A stretch of DNA of 64,000 nt, from NCBI GenBank assembly GCA_041305745.1, contig JBFYKV010000114.1:883-64882 (forward strand). Reading direction: 5' to 3'. The stretch's first letter is position 1; each line of letters opens with the position of its first letter. The notes under the pieces were generated by a model. It worked only from the letters and a program-made list of their open reading frames with translations, was not told the origin of the DNA and ran no database searches. Both the position numbers and the translations under genes were made by a program. This document shows, piece by piece, positions 1 to 10,591 of this stretch. The DNA comes from Methanoregulaceae archaeon. GTDB lineage: Archaea > Halobacteriota > Methanomicrobia > Methanomicrobiales > Methanospirillaceae.

Positions 1-448
1 GATACAATGAAAGGTCCCTGATATCAATTCCGTAATACATGCGGTACCTGAGAGCCTCACTCATCTCGCGCTCTTCGGTAAGCCGTTTAGCCTTTTCAAG
101 GTTCTCTATGGTATCACGGGACAGGATCCTTTCGACACGGCATGCAAGTGGAGCCGCGAGCCAGATCTTGAGGTCCGCCTGCTCAACAAACCACCCTGAT
201 AAACGTCCTTCAATGATTATGTCGTTTCGCGCAAGGGCAATCTCTTTCTGGCGCGCATCGATCATGCGGTCGATCTCCTGGTTTTTTTCAGCAAATTTTC
301 CGAATTCTGCCAGGTCCATCCCGTGTTCCTGTGCCATCTGGCGGAAGACTTCCCCCGCGGAAACAAGTCCAAAATTGTGTTTTTCTGAAAGATATCTGGC
401 AAGTGAGGTCGTCCCGCTGCCGGGAAGCCCACTCACCGTGATCCGCAT
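1..448 (-). CDS. cmk: cytidylate kinase, archaeal type (C-terminus runs off the left window edge)
   Basis: Not in the ORF track because it leaves the window. My translation of the minus strand from ATG 448-446 gives MRITVSGLPGSGTTSLARYLSEKHNFGLV...RYRMYYGIDIRDLSLY, with P-loop GLPGSGTT. The start overlaps the upstream stop by 1 nt (TGATG). Fits the conserved archaeal order secY-adk-DUF106-cmk. Confidence 0.85.
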   Translation of the reverse strand, partial: MRITVSGLPGSGTTSLARYLSEKHNFGLVSAGEVFRQMAQEHGMDLAEFGKFAEKNQEIDRMIDARQKEIALARNDIIIEGRLSGWFVEQADLKIWLAAPLACRVERILSRDTIENLEKAKRLTEEREMSEALRYRMYYGIDIRDLSLY

Positions 449-1041
449 CAGATACCCCCGATGTTTAAGGATTTCCTGACTACCTGGCTTAAGGTCAGTG
501 AGCAGATCATGTACCAGAGGATCCATGCGGGTACTGGCCCGAGTATCATGTCAGAGAGGAGATGGGTCCCGAAAAATGGCATGGTAATCGAGGCTTCCAC
601 TGAATTAAGGCGGAAGAGAAGCCAGAAAAAGATAGGCACCGACAGGACAAGGATATATGCCATCGGCTTGAACTGGTTCTGCGACATGTCAAGCTGTTCT
701 TTCATCATCTTGTCTTTTCTGGCATCCAGTTTCTTGATCTTCTTCTCGTCCTGGGAGAGCTGCGCTTCACGAAACTCCTTCTGGAACACTTTCATACGGG
801 CCTGGACTTCCTGCATTTTCTCGTAATCAATGGTGTATTTCTGGATAATGGAGGAATAAAGGGCCGTGATCGTTGACAGTATGACAATTAGTATAAAGAA
901 CGGGACTTCACCCACAAGCGGCCCGAAAATGACGTCTATCGCACTGCCTACCCCGTCACGGATAGCCGGAATACTGTACGCCACCATCATCAGCATGGCA
1001 ACGACCAGTGCGATGTATCCTCCATATTTTTTTGTATCCAT
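448..1041 (-). CDS. DUF106 / EMC3-TMCO1-like membrane protein (archaeal YidC/Oxa1-like homologue, MJ0480 family)
   Basis: 197 aa with hydrophobic segments flanking a charged coiled-coil (KVFQKEFREAQLSQDEKKIKKLDARKDKMMKEQ). Occupies the invariant slot between adk and cmk in archaeal spc-operon tails. Confidence 0.75.
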   Translation of the reverse strand: MDTKKYGGYIALVVAMLMMVAYSIPAIRDGVGSAIDVIFGPLVGEVPFFILIVILSTITALYSSIIQKYTIDYEKMQEVQARMKVFQKEFREAQLSQDEKKIKKLDARKDKMMKEQLDMSQNQFKPMAYILVLSVPIFFWLLFRLNSVEASITMPFFGTHLLSDMILGPVPAWILWYMICSLTLSQVVRKSLNIGGI

Positions 1042-1044
1042 AAT

Positions 1045-1623
1045 TCACCTGAGAACCGCTGCCATATCTTCTGTTGCTTTCTCGAGCAGATGATCTGCAT
1101 TGACAACAATTTTAATTGTACATCCGGTCAGCATCGCGTATGCTGCCGCTATTGATCTGTTAAACTGCTGGTGCTCGGCGATCGCCTTTGCACCTTCCAT
1201 GTCCCTGGAACGTGTATCATCACCAAGCCTGCGAAGCAGTATCTGGTCATCATCGGTCTCTACCAAAACGATAGTGTCAGGCATGAGTTCCTGAAGCACC
1301 CATTCGGGGAGTCCCGCAAGGTACCCTTTCGGGGTCTTGACCGATGCATGAGTGTCGATTAGAATATTTCCCTCCTCACGGGCCAGTGCCTGTGCTGCAA
1401 GTTTCTGCAGCCTCTTCTGGAGGTCCTTATCGAGTTTTCTCATCTCGTCGCGGTCTTTGACCATTCCTTCCTTCTGTGCAGTCTCAAACATATAACTGCC
1501 GAAATTAAGGGATTTATAGATAATTCCCTCGCCAGAGAGGCGCTGAAGTGCCCCTGTGACAACCGTCGTCTTTCCAACGCCCGGCACCCCGGTGATGATA
1601 ACTTTCCTTCCGGTCATGTTCAC
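1045..1623 (-). CDS. adkA: adenylate kinase, archaeal type
   Basis: 192 aa with P-loop ITGVPGVGKTT. Lies directly after secY with an ATGA overlap. Confidence 0.9.
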   Translation of the reverse strand: MNMTGRKVIITGVPGVGKTTVVTGALQRLSGEGIIYKSLNFGSYMFETAQKEGMVKDRDEMRKLDKDLQKRLQKLAAQALAREEGNILIDTHASVKTPKGYLAGLPEWVLQELMPDTIVLVETDDDQILLRRLGDDTRSRDMEGAKAIAEHQQFNRSIAAAYAMLTGCTIKIVVNADHLLEKATEDMAAVLR

Positions 1624-3053
1624 TCCTTTCCAAAGAATGTCCGCATGAACGGGTACATCTCCATTATCTGCTGACTTGCGATCTCCTCGTAGAGACGGTA
1701 GGTGATACTCACCGTCAGCAGAAGACCGGTCCCGCTCACTGCGCCAATGACACCAAAGAGGTTGGCAATGACACTGAGCAGCCCGATAAACACACCACCG
1801 ATCACGGTAACGCGGGGGATATACCGGTCGAGATACTTCTCCAGTACCTGCGGGTTACGACGATAGCCGGGAATGGACATGCCGCTGTTTTGGATCTGGC
1901 GGGCCACATCCTTGGAATCGAGACCTGCGGTCTTGATCCAGAAGAGTGCAAAGATTGCACCACCGACTACCATGAAGACAATATCGATGCCCATTCGTAA
2001 TAGGACCTCCCATGGGGCATGCCCAAGATCGGTTACCCACCACATCCAGTCAGACGGACCGTTTATCGGTGCCAGATAATACATCAGGCCTGATACGGGC
2101 GTTTGCCCGTCAAATGTTCCGAATATCGTTATTCCAACATTATTCAGGAACAGCCCGATCATCTGGATATTTGCCTGCAGCACACGTACGAGAATCATTG
2201 GCAAAACACTGGCATAGATAAGTTTTACCGGGAACCGTGCCCTGGCGCCTCTTACCTGTGCATGTGCAAGCGGGATCTCGATACGGGTGGACTCGACATA
2301 GACGATGATGAGGAATATTGCAATCGTCGTGATGAATGCAAGCAGGTCAGTACCGAAATACTGCAGATAATTAGCCCCGTCGAGGCCTATGGCCACCAGC
2401 CTCGGGAAGAACCCCACCGGGTAGGGATCACTGACAGGGGTCCAGTTAATAAACCCGTTAATGAGCGCCTGGGATATACCGGCAATAATGAAGAGTCCCA
2501 CTCCCGACCCGATACCCCATTTGGTCACCACTTCATCCATGAAGAAGATCAGGACACCCCCGATACATATCTGCAGGAATATTATGAAAGAGACCGCAAA
2601 CAGGCTTCCACCAAAGAATGCCTGGGCTATTACGGGATCAGGGCGAAGGAAACCCCCGACGAGGTTCGGTGCTGCTTCGACAATGATCATTACGAAGATG
2701 AGGAGCTTCTGCAGGCCCATGTACATGACCTGCCCGCGGGCTTCGGACGTATCGATACGCAGGATGTCCGCACCTTTCAGGAGCTGGAGCACGATCGATG
2801 CGGTGACTATCGGCCCGATACCGAGTTGAACCAGCGAACCGCTCGCACCTGCGAGAAGCGCCCGCCAGTAGAGGAAGATATCCTGGGAATTCGGATCAAG
2901 CCCGAATAACGGGATATTGGTCAGTACAAAATAGAGGATCAGTATTCCGGCGGTCCAAATCAGTTTATTCTTGAAATGGACGTGCCCCTCCGGACTTCTT
3001 ACCGAAGGCATGGCTGCCAGCAATGGTTCCATTCGGTCCAACAGGTTACCCAT
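1620..3053 (-). CDS. secY: preprotein translocase subunit SecY
   Basis: 477 aa polytopic membrane protein (LLAGASGSLVQLGIGPIVTASIVLQLL...) after rpl15. Confidence 0.97.
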   Translation of the reverse strand: MGNLLDRMEPLLAAMPSVRSPEGHVHFKNKLIWTAGILILYFVLTNIPLFGLDPNSQDIFLYWRALLAGASGSLVQLGIGPIVTASIVLQLLKGADILRIDTSEARGQVMYMGLQKLLIFVMIIVEAAPNLVGGFLRPDPVIAQAFFGGSLFAVSFIIFLQICIGGVLIFFMDEVVTKWGIGSGVGLFIIAGISQALINGFINWTPVSDPYPVGFFPRLVAIGLDGANYLQYFGTDLLAFITTIAIFLIIVYVESTRIEIPLAHAQVRGARARFPVKLIYASVLPMILVRVLQANIQMIGLFLNNVGITIFGTFDGQTPVSGLMYYLAPINGPSDWMWWVTDLGHAPWEVLLRMGIDIVFMVVGGAIFALFWIKTAGLDSKDVARQIQNSGMSIPGYRRNPQVLEKYLDRYIPRVTVIGGVFIGLLSVIANLFGVIGAVSGTGLLLTVSITYRLYEEIASQQIMEMYPFMRTFFGKE

Positions 3054-3073
3054 TCTTTCACCTATAAAAGAGG

Positions 3074-3508
3074 TCAGATGATCAGAGCCTGACCACCAAT
3101 CGCCTCAATCTTTGCCTTTGCCTGCTCTGAAAAGGATCTGGCAGTGATGTTCATCTTCTGAGTGACTCTTCCGCTGCCAAGTATCTTATCGATACCGATT
3201 TGTTCCGCATTGATGGCGATGGCGTCCCCTTCCTGTGCCGCGATTCCCGCGGAGACAAGGTCCAGGGCCATCTGATCAAGGATTCCCACTGAGAGTGCCC
3301 TGACATCGGTGCTGGTCTTATTGACAAAACCGTGCTTTCCGTTGTTCACCTGATCTGCGAGCAGATAATGGGTGAAACGGTGATCACGGTGTCCGGCTCT
3401 GCCCCTTCCACCACGATTTCCTGCACCGCGCCTGTTTTTATGGGTACCTCCTCCACAGGTCCTTGAACCACGGTATTTTGAGCGTTTATTGACTGGCATT
3501 CTAATCAC
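3074..3508 (-). CDS. rpl15: 50S ribosomal protein uL15
   Basis: 144 aa with Gly/Arg-rich N-terminus GGGTHKNRRGAGNRGGRGRAG. Operon position matches. Confidence 0.93.
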   Translation of the reverse strand: MIRMPVNKRSKYRGSRTCGGGTHKNRRGAGNRGGRGRAGHRDHRFTHYLLADQVNNGKHGFVNKTSTDVRALSVGILDQMALDLVSAGIAAQEGDAIAINAEQIGIDKILGSGRVTQKMNITARSFSEQAKAKIEAIGGQALII

Positions 3509-3969
3509 CTCATTTTATGGAGGAGGGAATTAATTTCCCTGCCATAGTAGCCGAGTGCTCCACCCTGGGGAAACGTCCTCTTAATGGTCCGGTAGCCTTT
3601 GCGGGGCGGATGGAGCCTGAGGACAGGTTTCAGACCGGGTATATCAGACAGGCGGGTCTGTCCTTCTGCCAGTGCCTGTGCAAATTCTGAAATCCCCGGG
3701 TAGGTCGAATTGGCCTTTATGTATTCATCAGTTAAAGGGTTGTTACCGACGACCCTCCCCCGTGTCCGGAGGATGGTCTCGATGGTCTGGGCGTCCGCTT
3801 CTCCGTACGCCACAAAGTCCTTGACCTTCCTGATCATTCCAAGGTATTCAGGGGTGTCAGGAACAAGGACGCAGTGGTTGATGTGGTGAAGCCGGAGCAT
3901 CTTTAAGGTGTCCTTGATATCGCGGCGTGTATTGACAACTCCGCGGACCTGAACGATTGCGTACATCAT
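3505..3969 (-). CDS. rpl30: 50S ribosomal protein uL30
   Basis: 154 aa, [39 protein letters not shown] overlaps on both sides. Confidence 0.93.
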   Translation of the reverse strand: MMYAIVQVRGVVNTRRDIKDTLKMLRLHHINHCVLVPDTPEYLGMIRKVKDFVAYGEADAQTIETILRTRGRVVGNNPLTDEYIKANSTYPGISEFAQALAEGQTRLSDIPGLKPVLRLHPPRKGYRTIKRTFPQGGALGYYGREINSLLHKMR

Positions 3970-4583
3970 TCAGACCTCCCGGTCCTGATCATATTGGTTG
4001 CTTTCAGCGCGTTGAAGGTCGCCTTTGCGAAGTTGATGGTCGTCCGGGTCTGTCCGCGGGAGAATGTCCACGCGTCCTTGATCCCGGCAAGTTCCAGCAC
4101 TTTCCTGCTGATTTCACCAGTGACAAGTCCTATTCCCTGTGGTGCCGGTTTAAGGGTCACGCGGACACTGCCAGCTGATCCCTCGACCTGCATCGGGATT
4201 GAATGGCTTGCATCGCATCCGCATTCCCAGCTGCCACACCCTCTGCGCACCTTGATAACATTGGTCTTTGCGTGTATGATTGCCTTTCTGATGGCATCTC
4301 CGACCTGCACGTCCTTACCCTGGCCAAACCCGATATAGCCGTTGCGGTTTCCGACCACAACAACTGCGCGGAATTTAACACGGCGCCCCGAGTCGGTCAT
4401 ACGCTGGACCATCTGGATGTCCAGCACCTCGTCCTCGAGGTCAGGCAGGAAGGCATCGACAATCTGCGGCTCCTTGATCGGTCTCCCGCTGTCAAGTACC
4501 TGGTCGATGCTGGTGATTTCGCCTGCCGCCACCATCTTGCCAAGACCGGTGAGAGGAATCCATTCCTCTTTTTCGTATGTCAT
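3966..4583 (-). CDS. rps5: 30S ribosomal protein uS5
   Basis: 205 aa, [27 protein letters not shown]. Operon position matches. Confidence 0.95.
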   Translation of the reverse strand: MTYEKEEWIPLTGLGKMVAAGEITSIDQVLDSGRPIKEPQIVDAFLPDLEDEVLDIQMVQRMTDSGRRVKFRAVVVVGNRNGYIGFGQGKDVQVGDAIRKAIIHAKTNVIKVRRGCGSWECGCDASHSIPMQVEGSAGSVRVTLKPAPQGIGLVTGEISRKVLELAGIKDAWTFSRGQTRTTINFAKATFNALKATNMIRTGRSE

Positions 4584-4584
4584 T

Positions 4585-5112
4585 TCACTCCAGCTCCTTC
4601 ATTATGGCGTCCATCGCCTGTTCTACATTTTGTACCAAGTCTCCAGCCCTTTCTGGAGCATATGCCGCTATATGGGCTCCCCTGACCCTGTCGTCATCCG
4701 GGAGGATCTCCTCGCCGTGAGGGACATCGAGTCCTGCTGCCACCGCACCCTTGAGCGCTGCAAAAACACGTGCTCCGTGAGTTGCACGGTTCAGGCCGAT
4801 ATCAAGGATTCCGGATTCATAACCGGCATTGAGTGCCTTTACCGCAAAGAGCATCCCGGTGAGGTATGCTGCGGGGGTGTTGGAAAGTGATCCGTTGTAG
4901 CCGTATCTTGAAAGCTCGGCTGAATTGGCTGTCACCAGTGTCCGGTCACCATCCATCTCGGCTTTTACCAGCTGGATAATGACATGCCGGTTGGACTTGC
5001 GAACAACCATACGCGGGCTTTTTGCGACGACAAGTTTCATCCTCTTGTAGTAGTCGGTTTTGCCCTCTTTCCGCCTGCGGAAAGGAACAAAATACCGTGG
5101 ACCTGTCGCCAT
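4585..5112 (-). CDS. rpl18: 50S ribosomal protein uL18
   Basis: 175 aa, [21 protein letters not shown]. Confidence 0.95.
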   Translation of the reverse strand: MATGPRYFVPFRRRKEGKTDYYKRMKLVVAKSPRMVVRKSNRHVIIQLVKAEMDGDRTLVTANSAELSRYGYNGSLSNTPAAYLTGMLFAVKALNAGYESGILDIGLNRATHGARVFAALKGAVAAGLDVPHGEEILPDDDRVRGAHIAAYAPERAGDLVQNVEQAMDAIMKELE

Positions 5113-5113
5113 G

Positions 5114-5566
5114 TTACTTCATCCTCCCTGAAAGGACATCTATCTGGGCCTTTAAGTGGGCAACGTTCCTGAACTGTCCGCCTGCTGCCTTGCGGTAGAA
5201 GAGACGGTACATATGCCGGTCGATTTCACCTGATTCACGCATTTCAACCAGTGATTTCCTGATTGCCCTGATCTTCTGGATCCACTGCCGCTTGCTCGGG
5301 TTCCGTGCTCCTGCCGCACCCCTGTGACGCCCGGGGCCCTTGCAGTGTCCATATGATCTCTTGGCCGTCTTTGCACGGGCCCTGCCCCTGCTGACACCCT
5401 TGATCTGGTGGGCCTTGATTGCGCCTTCCTCGATCAGTGCGCGGAGGTCTTCTCTTGATATCGCATTCTGGATATCAGGGATCCGCTCGGGATCAAACCA
5501 TACCCTGTGGACCCCGCACTTCAGAAGGGATGCTGATATGACTCTCTGGTTGTAGATATCGCTCAT
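5114..5566 (-). CDS. rpl19e: 50S ribosomal protein eL19
   Basis: 150 aa, QRVISASLLKCGVHRVWFDPERI, with a basic C-terminal half. Confidence 0.93.
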   Translation of the reverse strand: MSDIYNQRVISASLLKCGVHRVWFDPERIPDIQNAISREDLRALIEEGAIKAHQIKGVSRGRARAKTAKRSYGHCKGPGRHRGAAGARNPSKRQWIQKIRAIRKSLVEMRESGEIDRHMYRLFYRKAAGGQFRNVAHLKAQIDVLSGRMK

Positions 5567-5979
5567 TCTGCATCACCTTCTTCTGATGTAACCCCGGTTT
5601 CCTTCGGGTTTAAGACCTTTAAGCCGTTTGCAATGGCCTGCTCCTGTATCACAGCCCGCTTGCGGTTTCCGACTGTTCCCCCGATCCGTACTGCATGTTC
5701 TTCCGGATTGAGTCCTTCCAGTTCGGCAACGGTAAATACCCGTACCTCATGAAACCCGCTCGGGTGCATTCCCCTGACTGCAACAGGGCTGCCGTATCCT
5801 GGTGTGGGAAGGGCGCCTTTTGCCTTTTTCTGTCTTCGCTGTTTGTTGTGCAGCCCCCGGGGCCTTCTCCAGGAGTCGGAGAGCTGCTTCTTCTTGCCTG
5901 CTCCGTCGCGCTTGAATGATGCATTCTTGCTTTTACGAACACGGATCAGTCTCTTTTTATCGTCCGCCATTTCCATCAC
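5563..5979 (-). CDS. rpl32e: 50S ribosomal protein eL32
   Basis: 138 aa, SWRRPRGLHNKQRRQKKAKGALPTPGYGSP. Confidence 0.92.
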   Translation of the reverse strand: MMEMADDKKRLIRVRKSKNASFKRDGAGKKKQLSDSWRRPRGLHNKQRRQKKAKGALPTPGYGSPVAVRGMHPSGFHEVRVFTVAELEGLNPEEHAVRIGGTVGNRKRAVIQEQAIANGLKVLNPKETGVTSEEGDAE

Positions 5980-6500
5980 ACCTTCTGTACCAGGTATATT
6001 CCGTCCTGGAAGATGCGGGGGTCACGGTTACGTACCTTCGTGGCATGCTCAATATTTGCAAATGATATTCCCACGAGTTCCTTGTTGATCCCCGACAGGA
6101 CGACTTCATCATTTCCTACCTTTGCGATAACCCCGTCTGCGATGGACGCATAACGGGCCTTCTTCTCGCCGAGGAAGTTATTGATCTCGAGCCGGTTGCC
6201 CTGCAGTTTCAGCTGGATAGGGAAGTGGCTGTATACGACCTTCATGCGGTATTCAAATCCGGTCGTTACACCTTTGAACATATTTTTAGTATGTGCCGCA
6301 TAGGTCCCTACCATCGCCACGATGCTTTTACGCCCTGATTCCGTGGAGATTATCACTTCGTTATCAGTCAGCTCGACTTTGATCTGAGGAAAACGGAAGT
6401 TCCTTTCCAGTTCTCCCTTCGGACCTTTTACTTTGAGGACCGCTCCGGCGGTCTCTGCCTTGACGCCCGCCGGGATCTTCACCTTACGTATTACTGTCAT
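5976..6500 (-). CDS. rpl6: 50S ribosomal protein uL6
   Basis: 174 aa, IPAGVKAETAGAVLKVKGPKGELERNF. Confidence 0.95.
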   Translation of the reverse strand: MTVIRKVKIPAGVKAETAGAVLKVKGPKGELERNFRFPQIKVELTDNEVIISTESGRKSIVAMVGTYAAHTKNMFKGVTTGFEYRMKVVYSHFPIQLKLQGNRLEINNFLGEKKARYASIADGVIAKVGNDEVVLSGINKELVGISFANIEHATKVRNRDPRIFQDGIYLVQKV

Positions 6501-6509
6501 TGGTCCACC

Positions 6510-6902
6510 TCAGAAGACATATCCCAGCAGATCACCGCCGACTCCTTCCTTTCGTGCCTGTTCGTGGGTAAGGACCCCCTTCGAGGTAGTAAGGATAAGG
6601 ATGCCGAAGTTTTTGCCCGGAAGGTACTGTGTCTCCCAGTATTCGAGATCGTCGTGCTTTACATCATAACGCGGTGAAATTACACCACATTTGTTTATTC
6701 TGCCGTTCAGATGGACAAGGAACTGTCCGCCGCGTCCGTCCTCGATGAACTCAAATCCGCCGATATAGCCGGATTCCTGCATACAGCGGAACATTGCCCC
6801 GAGGAGTTTGCTGGCGGGCTCGATGATGCAGGTTGCTTTTCCACCGTCGGCTGCGTTCTTCAGCGCACTCATGCCGTCTGCGATTGTATTTAGTCTTGAC
6901 AT
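6510..6902 (-). CDS. rps8: 30S ribosomal protein uS8
   Basis: 130 aa, [22 protein letters not shown]. Confidence 0.95.
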   Translation of the reverse strand: MSRLNTIADGMSALKNAADGGKATCIIEPASKLLGAMFRCMQESGYIGGFEFIEDGRGGQFLVHLNGRINKCGVISPRYDVKHDDLEYWETQYLPGKNFGILILTTSKGVLTHEQARKEGVGGDLLGYVF

Positions 6903-6914
6903 TCTGCATTCACC

Positions 6915-7070
6915 TCAATTCATCTTCTTGAATCCCATCTTCTGGGCCCATTCGCGGAAACACTGGCGGCAGAACATGATATGATACCGGCGCACCAGAC
7001 CCTGTTTCCGGCCGCACATCTGGCATTGATGAACTCCGCGACCGTAGTTTTTCGTCTTCTCTCCGCCCAT
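6915..7070 (-). CDS. rps14: 30S ribosomal protein uS14 (zinc-binding type Z)
   Basis: Below the ORF-track size cutoff. My translation gives [51 protein letters not shown] (51 aa) with a CxxC...CxxC knuckle. Fills the expected slot between rpl5 and rps8. Confidence 0.92.
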   Translation of the reverse strand: MGGEKTKNYGRGVHQCQMCGRKQGLVRRYHIMFCRQCFREWAQKMGFKKMN

Positions 7071-7071
7071 G

Positions 7072-7578
7072 TTATTGCACCTCCACCTGGTAACGTTCCT
7101 GCAGAAACGCGATGGTGTCTTTGGGATTCACGTGCTGTTTTTCAGGGAGTTTTCGCTGTTCGGCATACCGGCGTGAGATCCGTATTCCCCTCCGGGCGAG
7201 CACGACGTTGATGTCCATACCGTAGATACCGATCTGGGGGTCGTATGACATTCCCGGGTAATCGGTGTGTTCTTCTATGCCAAAGGAAAAGTTCCCGCGC
7301 CTGTCAAACTGCGTCTGGAATATCTTTTTCTCGACGATATTGAGTGATGTCTCAAGGAAATTCCTGGCCTTTTCGCCGCGGAGCGTGACACGGCACCCGA
7401 TAGGTCCTCCTTTCCTGATGCCAAACGCCGGCTGGGTCTTTTTCGCAATCGTGCGCACCGGGGTATTGCCGGTAATCGCCTTCATGATGTCAATGGCCTT
7501 TGAGAGCTTTTCGCCGCTCTCGCCGACACCCATGTGCACAACGACCTTGTCAACATAGACCTGCTGCATCGCGTTCAT
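7072..7578 (-). CDS. rpl5: 50S ribosomal protein uL5
   Basis: 168 aa, [19 protein letters not shown]. Confidence 0.95.
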   Translation of the reverse strand: MNAMQQVYVDKVVVHMGVGESGEKLSKAIDIMKAITGNTPVRTIAKKTQPAFGIRKGGPIGCRVTLRGEKARNFLETSLNIVEKKIFQTQFDRRGNFSFGIEEHTDYPGMSYDPQIGIYGMDINVVLARRGIRISRRYAEQRKLPEKQHVNPKDTIAFLQERYQVEVQ

Positions 7579-8297
7579 TCCTCAATCCCCCACTCTTTTA
7601 AGGCCGGGGTTTCCCTTCCGACCACGTAGATGTAGTCCTCGATGGTATCAAACCGGGTGCCTGCTTCATCTTCAAGGGTTACCCTGTTTGGTACGCTTCC
7701 CGGGATCTTCTCGATCTTTACAATTCTCGCGATCTTTCCGGAGTGCTTACCCCCGATCACCATGGCCATGTTGCCCTCGGCAAACGGGAAATGATCGATG
7801 ATACGGAACCGCTCTTCAGGAGAGAGCGAGATGACGATCGAGTCGCCTGGCTTGTAGCTGTTGTCGGCAAGGATGTTTGCTCCGTACCTGAGGTTGAGCT
7901 GGACTTTTCCGTCTGCCACAATCGTCTTGTTTTTGATCTTTGCAAGGCGTGATCCGGCTGCCGCGGCATCGATTTCAATTGTTTTATGGCGGCCCTTCTT
8001 GTCTCTTAAGATACGGTAGTGTTTTCCGATTTTGGGCAGCGAAATGATATCAAAGATACCAATGCCCATTTTCGGGTCCCTGCATGGCCTGCCGTTGATA
8101 ATCACATCTTTCTGACCAAGGATCTGCTTGACTTCCTTTAAGTTGCGGGCATATCCCATATGGTCCCGGAGCCACACCGTAACCGGCATGGCGTTTGCAT
8201 TGTGCGGACCCGGTGCAGTTTTTGTAATGAACGTATTGACTTTCCTGGAAATCTGCCAGGAATCCGGGGCCTTCAGTCGTTTCAGATGGTCAGACAT
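7575..8297 (-). CDS. rps4e: 30S ribosomal protein eS4
   Basis: 240 aa, HLKRLKAPDSWQISRKVNTFITKTAPGPH. Confidence 0.95.
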   Translation of the reverse strand: MSDHLKRLKAPDSWQISRKVNTFITKTAPGPHNANAMPVTVWLRDHMGYARNLKEVKQILGQKDVIINGRPCRDPKMGIGIFDIISLPKIGKHYRILRDKKGRHKTIEIDAAAAGSRLAKIKNKTIVADGKVQLNLRYGANILADNSYKPGDSIVISLSPEERFRIIDHFPFAEGNMAMVIGGKHSGKIARIVKIEKIPGSVPNRVTLEDEAGTRFDTIEDYIYVVGRETPALKEWGIEE

Positions 8298-8662
8298 TAT
8301 TTACCCTCCCCAAGCTTTTCTGCCCTGCGCGGGTCTTTCAGGTTCAGTTTCGTGATCAGGACGTTGGACGGATCCACCGGCCGCGGGACTTCGGTTCCGT
8401 CTGATTTTGGTATCGATACGCCCTGGACAACGATCTTGTACGCCCTGGTATTCACCAGGTCAACAACACCCTCAGTGCCTGCGGATTCCCCGCGGAGCAT
8501 CTTGACGGTGTCTCCTGTCACTACCCGTGCACTCCGGGAGTGGAACTGTTCCCTGAGATCCTTTGAAAGGGGGGCGTGCAGGAAACGGCTGCGGAGGTGT
8601 GCAGGCGCCTGGTAACGGGCCTTACGCTGTTTTCTTGGCTGTTTGCTGATTACTCTTACCAT
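8297..8662 (-). CDS. rpl24: 50S ribosomal protein uL24
   Basis: 121 aa, RKQRKARYQAPAHLRSRFLHAPLSKDLRE, with a KOW-type core. Confidence 0.94.
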   Translation of the reverse strand: MVRVISKQPRKQRKARYQAPAHLRSRFLHAPLSKDLREQFHSRSARVVTGDTVKMLRGESAGTEGVVDLVNTRAYKIVVQGVSIPKSDGTEVPRPVDPSNVLITKLNLKDPRRAEKLGEGK

Positions 8663-8672
8663 TCTTCACACC

Positions 8673-9071
8673 TCATATGATGATGGTGGCCATCGAACCG
8701 AGCTTCGGGAACCGTTCTGCCACTTCACGGGCGACGGGACCCTTGATGTCAGTCCCGCGGGGCTCGTTCCTCTCATCGACAATAACGACAGCGTTATCAT
8801 CAAAGGACACACGCAACCCGTTCGGCCTTCTGATCTCCTTTCTCTGCCTGATAACAACCGCTCTTACAAGTTTCTTGCGCATGTCGGGGGTCCCTTTCTT
8901 GACAGTCACTGTTGCAAGGTCACCAAGTCCCATCTTGGGCTGGCGCCTCCTGACCCCGTGGTACCCGAAGACCGATACGATCTCGACTTCACGGGCCCCG
9001 GTATTGTCTGCACAAAGGAGTCGTGTCCCGGTTGCAAGTGATCTCGGGGTGGTTGAAGACTTTGCCTTCAT
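8673..9071 (-). CDS. rpl14: 50S ribosomal protein uL14
   Basis: The ORF-track frame 8673..9125 is trimmed to the internal ATG at 9071, which forms an ATGA overlap with the rps17 stop. Product [34 protein letters not shown]... (132 aa). Confidence 0.93.
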   Translation of the reverse strand: MKAKSSTTPRSLATGTRLLCADNTGAREVEIVSVFGYHGVRRRQPKMGLGDLATVTVKKGTPDMRKKLVRAVVIRQRKEIRRPNGLRVSFDDNAVVIVDERNEPRGTDIKGPVAREVAERFPKLGSMATIII

Positions 9072-9394
9072 GGGGTCTGCACCTCCACGACGACAAACGT
9101 GGTTGCCTTCGAAAGGGGCCGGCATTCTGCAATTTTTACAGTATCGCCGGTTTTCGAGTTTATACAGGGGGGGTTGTGGGCGTGGTAGCGTGAGTTTCTC
9201 TTTTCATACCGGTTGTATTTTCCCACGTAGTGGAGGTACTCCCGCTCGACCACAACAGTCCCCATCATTCGGTCGCTCACGACCTTACCGGTGATCACCT
9301 GGCCGCGCACCGGTAAAGTGCCGTGAAACGGACAATTTACGTCTTCACATGCCTCTTGCGGCTGTTTGACGTTTAATCCTACGTTGTTTGCCAT
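9068..9394 (-). CDS. rps17: 30S ribosomal protein uS17
   Basis: 108 aa, [28 protein letters not shown]. Confidence 0.94.
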   Translation of the reverse strand: MANNVGLNVKQPQEACEDVNCPFHGTLPVRGQVITGKVVSDRMMGTVVVEREYLHYVGKYNRYEKRNSRYHAHNPPCINSKTGDTVKIAECRPLSKATTFVVVEVQTP

Positions 9395-9678
9395 TATTTC
9401 CCTCTATTTTTCAAATGCAAATTGATCCGTTTTTCTGGTGCCATGACCAGCACGGTGCCGTCAATCTCGACCAGGATCCCGTCAGGGAGCGCAAGCCTGA
9501 ATACGCTGAATTTTTTTTGAATTCGTTTCAGGCCTGACTCCCCTGATATGACAAGGGTATTCCGGGTTTCATCAACGATACGGCCCCTGACCCCGATCTG
9601 GCCGGGGTTGCTTGCACGCACCACCAGAACGTCCAGTCCTATCAGTTCATGGCGCAGGACGTTCTGGGGAGAGATCAT
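9394..9678 (-). CDS. rnp1: RNase P protein component 1 (Rpp29/Pop4)
   Basis: 94 aa, [33 protein letters not shown] (Sm-like fold motif). Canonical archaeal position between rpl29 and rps17. Confidence 0.88.
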   Translation of the reverse strand: MISPQNVLRHELIGLDVLVVRASNPGQIGVRGRIVDETRNTLVISGESGLKRIQKKFSVFRLALPDGILVEIDGTVLVMAPEKRINLHLKNRGK

Positions 9679-9878
9679 ACTTTTCTCCGCTTGTTCTGTT
9701 CGGTCTTCATACGGGCGACGGTCCGCCTGAGTTCCCCGATCCTGCCGGAGTTCTCGGTTGCGCCACCCGCACTTACCTTACCATAGTGCTGGATCAACTC
9801 CATCCGAAGCTTTTCCATCTGTTCCTGCAGTTCGACGTCAGAGAGCTGCATAACATCCCGTGCACGAAAGATTGCCAT
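9675..9878 (-). CDS. rpl29: 50S ribosomal protein uL29
   Basis: 67 aa, IFRARDVMQLSDVELQEQMEKLRMEL. Confidence 0.92.
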   Translation of the reverse strand: MAIFRARDVMQLSDVELQEQMEKLRMELIQHYGKVSAGGATENSGRIGELRRTVARMKTEQNKRRKV

Positions 9879-9880
9879 TA

Positions 9881-10591
9881 TTAGTCCTCCATGAACTCTT
9901 CTTCACCCGGGATGTCAACGATCTCCTCGAGGTCCTCTTCGATGTCTTCTCCGACGGCAGTAACGGTAATCTCAGGCTTCGGTACAGGTTTCTCTTTGGG
10001 TATAAGTACCTCAAAGTGGTCAGGAAGCCGCGCACCGGGCGGAATAATTTTGACCTGAACCCCGATGATCCCGAGTTTCTTGATGGCTATTGCGTAGCCT
10101 TTCTCGACAATGGTATTGACCGGCTCACCGCAGTGCTTGATGTACCCTTCAGTAAACTTCTGGGTACGTGCCCTTGCACCGGTAAGCTTCCCGGCCAGGA
10201 CAACTTCACACCCGAGCGCCCCGGACTCCATGATACGCCTGATGATGCTCGAGCCTGCCTTCCGGAAGTACCAGCCGCGTTCAAGTGCATTTGCAAGTCG
10301 TTCTGCCATGATCTGTGCATTGAACGACGGGTTTTGCACCTGCTGGACTTCAATCTGGGGTGATTCGACACCGAAGTCTGTTGCGAGGTCCTGGGTAAGC
10401 TGCCGGACGACCTTTCCGCCCTTTCCAATGACGATACCGGGCTTCTCTGCGAAGATTGTTACCTGGGTGCCAAGCGGGGTCCTCTGGAGGTCCATGCCCC
10501 CGTAACCTGCCCGCTTCAGTTCCTTTAAGAGATATTTCTCAACACGGGCCTTACGGACGCCTTCTGATATGAATTTTCTTTCGACTGCCAT
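9881..10591 (-). CDS. rps3: 30S ribosomal protein uS3
   Basis: 236 aa with KH domain TIFAEKPGIVIGKGGKVVRQL and an acidic C-terminal tail. Confidence 0.95.
   Translation of the reverse strand: MAVERKFISEGVRKARVEKYLLKELKRAGYGGMDLQRTPLGTQVTIFAEKPGIVIGKGGKVVRQLTQDLATDFGVESPQIEVQQVQNPSFNAQIMAERLANALERGWYFRKAGSSIIRRIMESGALGCEVVLAGKLTGARARTQKFTEGYIKHCGEPVNTIVEKGYAIAIKKLGIIGVQVKIIPPGARLPDHFEVLIPKEKPVPKPEITVTAVGEDIEEDLEEIVDIPGEEEFMED

Noticed and set aside
39-479. 146-aa + strand ORF at the left edge.
   Set aside because: It is antisense to the well-supported cmk frame, and its composition (Arg/Ser/Cys-rich) is typical of a shadow ORF.
2103-2909. 268-aa + strand ORF, with neighbouring + strand ORFs at 1873-2829.
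   Set aside because: Antisense shadow of secY with no recognisable domain.
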